Below are positions 23,105 to 34,888 of a stretch of 64,000 bases of DNA, piece by piece (position 1 is the stretch's first letter; every line of letters starts with the position of its first letter). Source of the DNA: Octopus sinensis (lineage: Eukaryota); the NCBI RefSeq assembly GCF_006345805.1, contig NC_043010.1, positions 66,712,001 to 66,776,000 on the forward strand, in the 5' to 3' direction. Position numbers and translations under genes: made by a program. The notes below the pieces were generated by a model. It did not search any database. It was not told the origin of the DNA and worked only from the letters and a program-made list of their open reading frames with translations.

Positions 23105-25610
23105 CATCGTTACCCTCCTCCTTTTCTTCCTCCTCTTCTTCATCCTCCTCCTCTTCATCCTCCTCCTCCCTTCTTCCTCTTCCTCTTCTTCATCCTCCTC
23201 CTCCCCTTCTTCCTCTTCTTCATCCTCCTCCTCCCCTTCCTCCTCTTCTTCATCCTCATCCTCTTCCTCTTCTCATCTTCCTCCTCTTCTTCTCTTCCTC
23301 TTCTTCTTCATCCTCTCTCCTCTTCTTCTCCTCTTCTTCTCCTCCTCTCTTCTTCTCTTCTTCATCCTCTTCTTCTTCTCCTCTTCTCCATCCTCTCTTC
23401 TTCCTCCTCCTCTTCCTCTTCTTCTTCCTCTTCTCCATCCTCTCTTCTTCTTCCTCTTCTTCATCCTCCTCTGCCTCTTCTTCCTCTTCTACTTCTTCCT
23501 CTTCTTCATCCTCCTCTGCCTCTTCTTCCTCTTCTCCATCCTCTCTTCTTCCTCTTCTTCTTCTTCCTCTTCTTCATCCTCCTTCTTCTTCTTCTTCATC
23601 CTCTCTTCTTCATCCTCTCTTCTTCTTCTTCTTCATTATCCTCTTCTTCATCCTCTTCTTCTTCTTCCTCTTCTTCATCCTCTTCTTCTTCTTCCTCTTC
23701 CTCTTCTTCATCCTCTCTACCTCTTCTTCATCCTCTTCTTCTTCTTCCTCTTCTTCATCCTCTCTACCTCTTCTTCATCCTCTCTTCCTCTTCTCCCTCC
23801 TCTTCTCCTTCCTCCTCTTCTTCTCCCTCCTCTTCTTCTTCCTCCTCTTCTTCTTCCTCCTCTTCTTCTTCCTCTTCTTCTTCTTCCTCTTCTTCCTCCT
23901 CTTCTTCTTCTTCCTCTTCTTCCTCTCTTCTTCTTCCTCCTCTTCTTCTTCCTCTTCCTCTTCTTCTTCTTCCTCCTCTTCTTCTTCCTCCTCTTCTTCT
24001 TCCTCTTCTTCTTCCTCCTTCTTCTTCTTCCTCTTCTTTTTCTTCTTCTTCCTCTTCTTCATCCTCTCTTCTTCCTCTTCTTCATCCTCTCTTCTTCTTC
24101 ATTCTCCTCTTCTTCTTCTTCTTCCTCTTCTTTATCCTCCTCCTCTTCCTCTTCTTTATCCTCCTCCTCTTCTTTATCCTCCTCCTCTTCCTCTTCTTTA
24201 TCCTCCTCCTCTTCTTCATCCTCCTCCTCCGCTTCTTCTTCATCCTCCTCCTCAGCTTCTTCTTCATCCTCCTCCTCTCTCCTCCTCCTCTTCATCCTCC
24301 TCCCCTTCTTCCTCTTCCTCTTCTTCATCCTCCTCCTCCCCTTCTTCCTCTTCTTCATCCTCCTCCTCCCCTTCCTCCTCTTCTTCATCCTCCTCCTCCC
24401 CTTCTTCATCTTCCTCCTCTTCTTCATCTTCCTCCTCTTCTTCATCTTCCTCCTCTTCTTCATCCTCCTCCTCCCTTCTTCCTCTTCCTCTTCTTCATCC
24501 TCCTCCTCCCCTTCTTCCTCTTCTTCATCCTCCTCCTCCCCTTCTTCCTCTTCTTCATCCTCATCCTCTTCCTCTTCTTCTTCCTCTTCTCCATCCTCTC
24601 TTCTTCTTCCTCTTCTTCATCCTCCTCTGCCTCTTCTTCCTCTTCTACTTCTTCCTCTTCTTCTTCATCCTCCTCTGCCTCTTCTTCCACTTCTACTTCA
24701 TCCTCTTCTTCTTCTTCCTCTTCTTCATCCTCCTCTCTTCTTCTTCTTCTTCATCCTCTCTTCTTCATCCTCTCTTCTTCTTCTTCTTCATTATCCTCTT
24801 CTTCATCCTCTTCTTCTTCTTCCTCTTCTTCATCCTCTTCTTCTTCTTCCTCTTCCTCTTCTTCATCCTCTCTACCTCTTCTTCATCCTCTTCTTCTTCT
24901 TCCTCTTCTTCATCCTCTCTACCTCTTCTTCATCCTCCTCTTCCTCTTCCTCTTCTCCCTCCTCTTCTTCTCCTCCTCCTCTTCTTCTCCCTCCTCTTCT
25001 CTTCCTCCTCTTCTCTTCCTCCTCTTCTTCTCTCTCTTCTTCTTCCTCTTCTTCCTCTTCTTCCTCTCTTCTTCTTCTTCTTCCTCTTCTTCCTCCTTCT
25101 TCTTCCTCCTCTTCTTCTTCCTCTTCTTCCTCCTCTTCTTCTTCCTCCTCTTCTTCTTCCTCCTCTTCTTCTCCTCTCTTCTTCTCCCTCCTCTTCTTCT
25201 TCTTCCTCTTCTTTTTCTTCTTCTTCTTCTCTCTTCATCCTCTCTTCTCCTCTTCTTCATCCTCCTTCTTCTTCTTCCTCTTCTCTTCTTCTTCTTCCTC
25301 TTCTTTATCCTCCTCTCTTCCTCTTCTTCTTCTTCATCCTCCTCCTCTTCTTCTTCTCTTCTTCTTCTCCTCTTCTCTTCTCTTCTTCATCCTCCTCCTC
25401 TTCTTCTCTTCTTTATCCTCCTCCTCTTCTCTTCCTCCTCTTCTCCTCCTCCTCTTCTTCTTCTTCATCCTCCTCCTCAGCTTCTTCTTCATCCTCCTCC
25501 TCTTCTTCTTCTTCTTCCTCTCTCTTCTTCCTCTTCTCCCTCCTCTTCTCCTTCCTCTTCTTCTCCTCCTCTTCTTCCTCCTCCTCCTCCTCATCATCCC
25601 TAACTACCAC
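23105..25610. repeat. About 2.5-kb homopyrimidine/homopurine (TCT/TCC/TCA) low-complexity tract
   Basis: The + strand is almost entirely C and T; internal block duplications are visible. Confidence 0.95.
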
Positions 25611-26539
25611 CACCACCACCACTACCATCATCATCATTTAATGTCTGTTTCCCATGCTGGTATCGGTTTGTTGGTTTCATGGGAGCTGGCAAGACCAGGA
25701 ATCGCACCAGGTTCCATAGCCTGTTTTTTGGCTTGGTTTCTGTGGCTGGATGCCAACCACTCCACAGAGTGTACTGGATGCTTTTCACATGGTACCATCA
25801 CCAGTTCTTTTCACATGGCACCAGCAGCAGTACTTCTTACATGGTATGAAGGCGGCGAGCTGGCAGAAACGTTAGCACGCCGGGTGAAATGCGTAGCCGT
25901 ATTTCGTCTGTGTTACGTTGTGAGTTCAAATTCCGCCGAGGTCGACTTTGCCTTTCATCCTTTCGGGGTCGATAAATTAAGTACCAGTTACACACTGGGG
26001 TCGATATAATCGACTTAATACCTATGTCTGTCCTTGTTTGTCCCCTCTATGTTTAGCCCCTTGTGGGTAATAAAGAAATAGGTATGTAAAAAGCACTGGT
26101 ACCAGAACCCGCCCACTACTGTCTTGAAAAGAAAAAAAAACAGAAAAGGAAGGACATATTGGCACAGGCATGGCTCTGTGGTTAAAAAGCTTGCTTCCCA
26201 GCCACGGTTCAGTCCCACAGCATGGCACGTTGGGCAACTGTTATTTTTCTGTGGCCACAGGCTGATCAAAGCCTTGTGAGTGGATTTGGTTGACGGAAAC
26301 TGTAAGAAGCCTGTTGTGTAAATCTTCTATTTCTACTTGTTTCAGTCATTAGACTGCAGCCCATGCTAGAGCACCAGCTTGAAGAATTTCAGTTGCACAA
26401 ATTGACCCCAGCACTTATTTTTAAGCCTGGTACATATTCTATCGGCCTATTTTGCTGAACTGCTAAGTTACATGGATGTAAACACACCAAAACTGGTTGT
26501 CAAGTGGTGGTGGGGGACAAACACAAGCACAAGTGGACA

Positions 26540-26930
26540 TGGCACAGGAGTGGCTGTGTGGTAAGTAGCTTGCTTACCAAACACATGGTTCTGGGTTCAG
26601 TCCCACTGCATCAGCACCTTGGGCAAGTGTCTTCTACTATAGCCTCGGGCCGACCAAAGCCTTGTGAGTGGATTTGGTAGACGGAAACTGAAAGAAGCCC
26701 GTCGTATATGTGTGTGTGTGTATATGTTTGTGTGTCTGTGTTTGTCCCCCCAACTTGACAACTGATGCTGGTGTGTTTACGTCCCTGTAACTTAGCGGTT
26801 TGACAAAAGAGACTGATAGAATAAGTACTAGGCTTACGAAGAATAAGTCCTGGAGTCGATTTGCTTGACTAAAAGGTGGTGCTCCAGCATGGCCGCAGTC
26901 AAATGACTGAAACAAGTAAAAGAGAGTATG
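26540..26930 (+). mobile_element. SINE family A
   Basis: Full head, core and tail. Confidence 0.85.
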
Positions 26931-29554
26931 GACACACACACACACACACGTGACAGGCTTCTTTCAGTTTCATCCACTCACAGATCTCTGGTCAGTCTGA
27001 GGTTGTAATAGACAACACCTGCCCAAGGTGTCACGCAGTGGGACTGAACCCAGAACCATGTGGTGGTGTTTGTGTGTGTATTAGTTGGTGTCTCTTTAGT
27101 GTGACATTGCGTGATGGCTGTAAACAGGTGTCACTGTCATACAAGCGGTGTCCTTCATTCCCAGTCATCCTTCAAAAACATACCTAGCCACAATGGCAGA
27201 TCATAGATAAAATTAGCAGGGGATGCTGCTTCAGAAAATTTTTAACTGTTGTTTTAATATTGTGTAAAAGGAAACAAACATATAACATTTCGTTTTTAGA
27301 TTTGGTTTGCAAGATTCTTTATATGAGTTTGTGTGTTGAAGCATATTCTGTTGTGTCTGGGGAGAGTCATTTTCTTTTAGTACCTTATAATTTAACACAC
27401 TCACTGGTAAAATTTCCCCTTTTTTTCTTATTTTTATTTTCCTAAAATTTTCGTTGCATCTTGCAACCTTTTCAATTGAGGAAAATAAAAATAAGAAAAA
27501 AGTGGAAATTTTACTGGTGAGTGTGTTACATTATAAGGCACAAAAAGAAAATGACTCTCCCAAGATACAACAAAACATATAACAAGAAAATTTATACATA
27601 AACTTAATCGGTTCGTATTTTAGCCACTGCCAAGAGGTGTGTTTAATTTGTTCACTGAACACCACTGCGAATTCCCCCTTATTTTTCTAAAATCCCCCCT
27701 AAATCACCAAATATGGTGGGGAAATGTGCCCTATTTTTCAAATCCTGGTAGTAACACTGAAGCTGGAAGCAGGATAATAATCTAATTCTACACTTTATCA
27801 CATTCAAGAATATAAACACGTTTTTAAGTACAGCACAAACAGAGTCAAAAAGAAACACTACCTTTCACTGGAATACCCGGGTCAGCACTGCTGTTCATGC
27901 AGTGTTCTCTCTCCCTAGCATGAAGCTTTCTATCTCAGACATGTGAGCATGTACACAACAGCCAAACACTGCATTGCTGGAACTGTGAAGCGCACAGTTC
28001 TATACAAGAATTTTTGTATTTTTTTTCATAAACTAGGAGATAGCTGCTTATATTAATCTTCAGGATTATATAATGTACAAGCATAAAGAAAGAATCAAAG
28101 AAAGAAGGATTCATTATATTGAATGTTATCAATAATATTGAGTAGAAACAGGGGGTGCTGCAGTCCTGCAGTATCTTTGCACAAGCTGCCACTGCCTAGC
28201 CATATTAGGAAATATTACCTTGCTTGGAAACAAATGAAGGTGAGTGACAAGAAGGCACTTGGCTGTAGAAAATCAACCTTATTTCTTTATTGCCGACAAG
28301 AGGCTAAACATAGAGGGGACAAACAAGGGCAGACAAAGGAATTAAGTCAATTACATCGACTCCAGTGTGTAACTGGTACTTATTTTCTTGACCCTGAAAG
28401 GATGAAAGGCAAAGTCGACCTCGGCGGAATTTGAACTCAGAACGTCACGGCAGATGAAATACTGCTAAGCATTTTGCCTGGCGTGCTAACATTTCTGCCA
28501 GCTCACCGCCTTAAGTAGAAAATCTACCTTAAGAAACTTTGTTCCACCCATGCAAGCATGGAAAAGTGGATGCTTTGGATGCTAAATGATGATGATGATG
28601 AAAATGATGATATTGGATAATGCAATCCTAGATATGCTGTTTCTGAATAAAGATGAAAATGGCTTTGATCATAGGTCTGCAGAATCAGTAATTGACTAAA
28701 ACTTCAGAATGAAATATCTTGCTTGGCTCTCTTACTATCAGCTGTGGTGGTTGTGGTGGTGTTGAGAGATATAAGCAGTATTAATAGTAGTGGAAGGTGA
28801 AAAGCTAGCAGAATCATTAGCGTGCTGGGCAATATGCATTGTGGCACCTTGTCCATCTTCCCGTTTTGAGTTCAAATTCTGCTGAGGTTGACTTTACCTT
28901 TAATCCTTTCAGGGTCAATAAAATAAGTACCTGTTGTGTACTTGGGTACCTGTAATTGACTTTCTGCCTTCCCTGAAATTACTGGCTTTGTACCAAAATT
29001 TGAAGTCAATATTATTAGTATTTCTATTTCTATTGTTTCAGTCATTAGACTGCAGCCCATGCTAGAGCACCAGCTTGGAGAATTTCAGTTGCACAAATTG
29101 ACCCCAGCACTTATTTTTAAGCCTGATACTTATTCTATCGGCCTATTTTGCTGAACCGCTAAGTTACATGGTAGTAGTGCTAAGTACTGGTGGTGGTGGT
29201 GTGGGAGTGGTTGTTTAACCTTGGGCCAGCCTTCACTGAGCAGCCCTATGCTCAAAAGCATCCTGGCTATATCAATGCTGTCCTTTCCTTGGGCATTACC
29301 TGTCCAGGGCTATATTATTTCATGGGTCCCTCCCTTTTTAAGATGTCATATTTTTATTTGAGCAAGAGTTTTGGGTCCAGTACAAAATCCAAACTTTGTT
29401 GCAGTGAAGTGGCTCCTGTGCTTCAATGACCCTAAGAACTATGCCAGAGCTTCCAGCAATGGACAGGTCAAAGAACAGAGGCCAGACTAACATGTACCAG
29501 CTCTTCTCAAAGGAAGAAATGGGTTTGCATACATTAACACCTTACACGATAAGA

Positions 29555-30090
29555 CAAGTGGCTTAGTGGTTAGGGTGTTCAGCTAACAATCGTAAGGTCA
29601 TGAGTTTGATTCCTGGCGACATGTTCTGTCCTTAAGCAAGACTCTTTATTTCATGTTGCTGCTGTCTACTCAGCTGGCAAAAATGAATTGTACTCATATT
29701 TCAAAGGACCAGCCTTGTCACACTCTGTGTCACACTGAATCTCCCTGGGAACTATGTTAAAAGGTGGCGAGCTGGCAGAATCGTTAGCACGCCAGGCGAA
29801 ATGCTTAGCGGTATTTCATCTGCCGCTACGTTCTGAGTTCAAATTCTGCCAAGGTCGACTTTGCCTTTCATCCTTTCGGGGTCGATTAAATAAGTACCAG
29901 TTACGCACTGGGGTCGATATAATCGACTTAATCCGTTTGTCTGTCCTTGTTTGTCCTCTCTGTGTTTAGCCCCTGGTGGATAGTAAAGAAATAGGTATAC
30001 ATGTCTGTGGAGTACTCAACCATTTGCATGTTAATTTTACAAGCAGGCTGATCCATTGATTGAGCCACCTAGAACACTCATTTGTATAAC
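29555..30090 (+). mobile_element. tRNA-derived SINE family D interrupted by SINE B (29762-29995)
   Basis: Head TGGCTTAGTGGTTAGGG...GAGTTTGATTCC, TGTCCTTAAGCAAG core, GCATGTTAATTT motif. Other copies at 2044-2345 (-), 10530-10850 (-), 52660-52955 (+), 63720-63880 (-). Confidence 0.75.
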
Positions 30091-30444
30091 CAATGGAGTG
30101 CAGTTATTTTATCATAGGGCATGCACTGTGCCTCCAGACTGAACCTACAATATGTGTTATTCAAAAATAAATCATGGTTATATTTTTGTTTCTGCGACAC
30201 AGGGATGGCTGTGTGGTTAAGAAGTTTACTTTCCAACCTTGTGGTTTCAGGTTCAGTCTTACTGTGCGGTAACTTTCACTATAACCTCAACCAACGCCCT
30301 GTGAGCAGATTTGGTAGATGGAAAACAAAAGAAGCCTCTCATATATGTATGTATATGCATGAGTTTGTGTCTCCTTGTCTTGACATTGCTTGATAGTTGT
30401 ATATGAATGTCACTATCATTTATATCGAAATTGATCAACATCAA

Positions 30445-30972
30445 TGGAAATTGTAGCTGTGATACCAGTGCTGGTGGCACGTAAGCGAACCATCCAAACG
30501 TAGCTGTTGCCGGCGCCACCCCAACGGGCCCCGTGCCGGTGGCACGTAAATAGCACCATCCGATCGTGGCTGTTGCCAGCCTCGCCTGGCCCCCGTGCCG
30601 GTGGCATGTAAAAAGCACCATCCCACCGTGGCCGTTTGCCAGCCCCATCTGGCACCTGTGCCGGTGGCACGTAAAAAGCACCATCCAATCGTGGCCGTTG
30701 CCAGCCTCGCCTGGCCCCCATGCCAGTGGCATGTAAAAAGCACCATCCCACCGTGGCCGTTTGCCAGCCCTGTCTGGCACCTGTGCCGGTGGCACGTAAA
30801 AAGCACTCACTACACTCACGGAGTGGTTGGCGTTAGGAAGGGCATCCAGCCGTAGAAACATTGCCAGATCAGACTGGGCCTGGTGCAGCCTTCTGGCTTC
30901 CCAGACCCAAGTTGAACTGTCCAACCTATGCTAGCATGGAAAGCGGACGCTAAATGATGATGATGATGATTT
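30445..30972 (+). mobile_element. Family C (RTE 3'UTR) copy with six tandem about 61-bp units
   Basis: Six repeats of GTGCCGGTGGCACGTAAAAAGCACC with related inter-repeat sequence, then GGAGTGGTTGGCGTTAGGAAGGGCATCCAG...(GAT)n. Confidence 0.8.
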
Positions 30973-31262
30973 TGCAGAATTCTGGAGAAGCAATAGAGAG
31001 TTGGCAGCATGAAGGGTATCTGATCATAGAAAATCTGCCTCAATACACTCTATATGTCCCAAGCAAGCATGGAATCTCACTAACTTTTCTCATTTGCTTA
31101 TTTTTCTGATGAAGAGCTAGTGTCCAAAACGTCAGTGCTAAACTAATACAATATTTGTTTAAAAAATTCTCCGTACCATGTTGCTTTCTTTTTGTGGTCA
31201 TTGCTTAAAATGTATATGTATTATGATGTACTAGGTATATATAATACATCATGTATATATAT

Positions 31263-31294
<32 letters not shown>

Positions 31295-31454
31295 TTAGTG
31301 TCCTCTTTCCATGCTAGCATGGGTTGGACGGTTCAAATGGGGTCTGGGAAGCCAGAAGGCTGCATCAGGCCCAGTCTGATCTGACAGTGTTTCTACGGCT
31401 GGATGCCCTTCCTAACGCCAACCACTCCGTGAGTGTAGTGGATGCTTTTAAGTG

Positions 31455-31503
<49 letters not shown>

Positions 31504-33513
31504 CGTGTCCCTCTGTCTTGATAGTATGTGATAATTATAAACAAACGTGACCACCGTACAAGCAGACTCCCTGGCTTCCAGTCTTCCGTAAAACTATGTC
31601 CAGCTATGGAGGTTGGCAGTAGGAAGAGCATCCAACCACAGAAAATCTATCTCAACGAATTCAGTCTAGTCAATGCAAGTATAGAAAAGACGGCGTTAAG
31701 ACGATAACGACGATGATGATGATGACCCAGTGCCGTATGACAACTCGCTTTGAGTCGTGCAGTGATATCTTAGAACAAATACTATAATATTTCATCTGGA
31801 ATGACAGCAGAAAATTAAATTTTTTAAGATTTGATATTATATTACTGAGAGAGTCAATGGAGGTGTCCCCCGCCGTGTAGCTACAGCTCGTAGCTTAAAA
31901 CAGGTAAAAAAAAGTAATATTGATGACGAATTTACGCATCCAGGATATATATATATATGTATATATATGTCCATTGCAAGTCTGGACTACATGCGAAACT
32001 CGATTTCTTACATAGGCCGAAGTCCTGAAAACTGAGGGAGGGATATAATGAATTAGATCACATCGACCTAGTATTGACTGGTACTTTATTTTATCGAACA
32101 CAGAAGACCTTGGTAGGATTTGAGCTCAGAACGTACAGGATCTAACTGTATAAGTCATTTTTGTTTGCTGTCGTAAGGCTGTAATGCAATTTTTAACAAT
32201 TCGATTGATGGCCTCGAGATGCATCGAAGCATCACCAACGGTGAACTTAAGTTGTTCTTGTTGAGTTCTGTGTCAACCGCGATCATGTACAGCTACGATC
32301 AAAAGCATTCCAACCATGGCTATCCCGGCCTTCTTTTCTTACTGTTTCTTAAACAGTGTATTTAAAACTACATCGTCCAATGTGTTTCGCCCTTTTAAGA
32401 GTGTTGTGTGTAATACGAAGGAAATTCGGCTGCTGTTTCTAGCAAATCGAAGGACCACATGAAGGCCTCTGCATTCGTTCGCCTGACATTAAATTCATTT
32501 AAGACACAAATCCACGAGTTGTTCCTTGCTCTACAAAGGAATGACATAGTTTTTGTTTGTTTTATTTTGTAACAAGAGTTGTATATTGTTAAACATTTAA
32601 AAGAGTGTGTATATATGTATGCATGTATGTATGTAAACCAATGAACGGAACCCTCGGACCTTGAGTCACTCAGTGACTTCTACCGATTATTAATAAAAGA
32701 TATATTTACTCATGCTTTGAGCACTCACACACACAAACACATATACACACTGACAGACACACGTATGTGTATGCGTGTGTCCAGGCCGGAGATACATGAC
32801 GAAAAATAACTATTACAAAGTTAAAAAATGGTTTGAAACATTGTTATCGAAACAAACAAAACTTAATAAACATAAGAATTTATCTGGACAGAAACAAACA
32901 AAAAAAAAGTTGATACATAAACTTAAAAAGAAATTTAGTGGTAGGTCATAAGTTTCTGACATCACACCTCCACTTTGGAAACGAAGAAAACGCACACACA
33001 CACACGCACGCACACCCACCAGAAAGAAACCCTTAAAAAAAAACTTTTGATGATTCATAAATATATTTCCAAAACGATTAAGGGAATTTCTTTTTTCTTT
33101 TAATTTTCCCAATAGAAATCTAGTTCCTTTCCCACCCACTTTTGGTTTTCTTTTTTTCGTAGTTGTCTACTTAACGGGGTTTTTAAAAAAAAAACTTTTT
33201 AAAGAACCATCGACATAGATATATCTTTTCCCATAAGTGGTAAACAGGGGTGGAAGGAAAGAATTAGGACTTCCTAAAAATTGCTCTAACTGTAAAAATA
33301 ATATATATATATATATATCGTTAGTGTTTTATATATCCGAAAAAAGAAACACATCTTTATATAGAGCAACAATATATTTATATATATATATCTTCAAGCA
33401 AATCAAGATTTGGTGTAAAACAAAAATCTTAAAGAAAATAAAAAAAATAAACGTTTCTGAATTTAATAACTGTACTGATAAACCTAGGTTACGACAGCTC
33501 TAGAATCAATAAC

Positions 33514-33551
33514 ATTGCTTCTCGGCTTTTTGGTTAAGATCAAAGTGTAGT
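33514..33551 (+). pseudogene. U2: U2 snRNA 5' fragment (38 nt)
   Basis: ATTGCTTCTCGGCTTTTTGGTTAAGATCAAAGTGTAGT versus U2 5' end ATCGCTTCTCGGCCTTTTGGCTAAGATCAAAGTGTAGT (3 differences); followed by (TA)n. Confidence 0.85.
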
Positions 33552-34052
33552 GTATATATATATATATGTAATTCATTAGTCTTATTTGACTAATTTTTCT
33601 ACACGCTAGGCCACAGGTAGTAAAAATTTCTAAAATCTTTATTACCCTGATATTATTAATTATATATATATTACACACACAATATATATATAATGATATA
33701 TATACAATATTTATATCACATATATAATAAGATTTATATATATATATATATGTATATATAAAGCACTGAACTGGGTACTCTGGTTGTGATGGGTGTGTGT
33801 GTATGCAAATGCAGGTTGAGAAGACATCATCCAAAATTTTTCTTTGCTGGGATTGAAAGCAATTATAACACGACTAAGCGAATCTAGCCACCAACTTCTT
33901 CAGGTCTGATCCTGTCTGCTATGTGACTTATTTTAAATAAAGTCATACTTTTTATTTCTTTCTTTTAATGACGGTTTTTTTTTACATTGCAACTAATTGA
34001 TGTTTCTGTTTTGTTATTTTCTTTCTTTGTAAATTTGTTTTTAAATTTGCAG

Positions 34053-34361
34053 CCGGTTCCAATTAAAATAGGGTGACGTTTTTCCCCTGTTCACCGTGCC
34101 AGTCCCTATGGTGTCTGTTCTTGGTAGTGTTTACTGCCTCAATTTTTTTTTTCCCCCCACATCGCATTCAACACCCGGGGACTTTACTGGCTGTGATCTG
34201 TTGAACAGACATCGATACGTAGGCCTTTTTCCATCCACTAACAACACCTATCTTCATCGTTGTTTCACTGACATCTTTGATTTCGGTCGGAATTTCTACA
34301 ATGGAGTCATTCTGAAACAGCGAAAAAGGGGGAAAAAATAAATGCCATTTCCTAAAGCAAG
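34053..34361 (+). other. Candidate upstream (mostly untranslated) exon, possibly of ZNF gene 2
   Basis: T-rich tract + tttgcag acceptor at 34051-52 and AAG|GTAAGT donor at 34361/34362; non-repetitive sequence. Gene assignment is inference. Confidence 0.4.
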
Positions 34362-34511
34362 GTAAGTCGAAAGGGGAAAAGTGGGTTTAACCAGTTGATA
34401 CTGCTGCTAATGGTTTTACATTCTGTTACTAGCACCACAGACGTTCTACTTTAATAAGCTTTTACTTCGTCTTCCCTTTTATTACACATTGTGAGATAAA
34501 ACATATAAAGT

Positions 34512-34540
34512 ATAATACATACATACATATATATATATAC

Positions 34541-34585
<45 letters not shown>

Positions 34586-34888
34586 TATATACACATATAT
34601 ATATACACATATATATATACACATATATATATACACATATATATATATACATATATATATACACATATATATATACACATATATACACACATATACATAT
34701 ACACACACATATACATATACACACACATATATATACACATATATATATACACACATATATATACACACACATATATATACACATATATATATACACACAC
34801 ATATATATACACATATATATATACACATATATATATATACACATATATATATATACACTATATATATATATATATACATATATATATT
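34512..34888. repeat. (TA/CA) compound microsatellite
   Basis: Direct reading. Confidence 0.9.

Noticed and set aside
23054-25603. 849-aa ORF and the E/K/R-rich antisense ORFs
   Set aside because: A nearly pure C/T strand cannot form stop codons; the frames are a by-product of the simple repeat.
30540-30625. HDV-like ribozyme fold in family C units (GCC-TCGCCT-GGC resembles P3/L3; P1 and P2 pairings possible)
   Set aside because: No P4 and no J4/2 strand with the catalytic C; the pairings follow from the internal palindrome.
30463-30830. CRISPR-like repeat-spacer appearance
   Set aside because: The spacers are homologous to one another, the array is part of an RTE 3'UTR in a eukaryotic context, and there are no cas genes.
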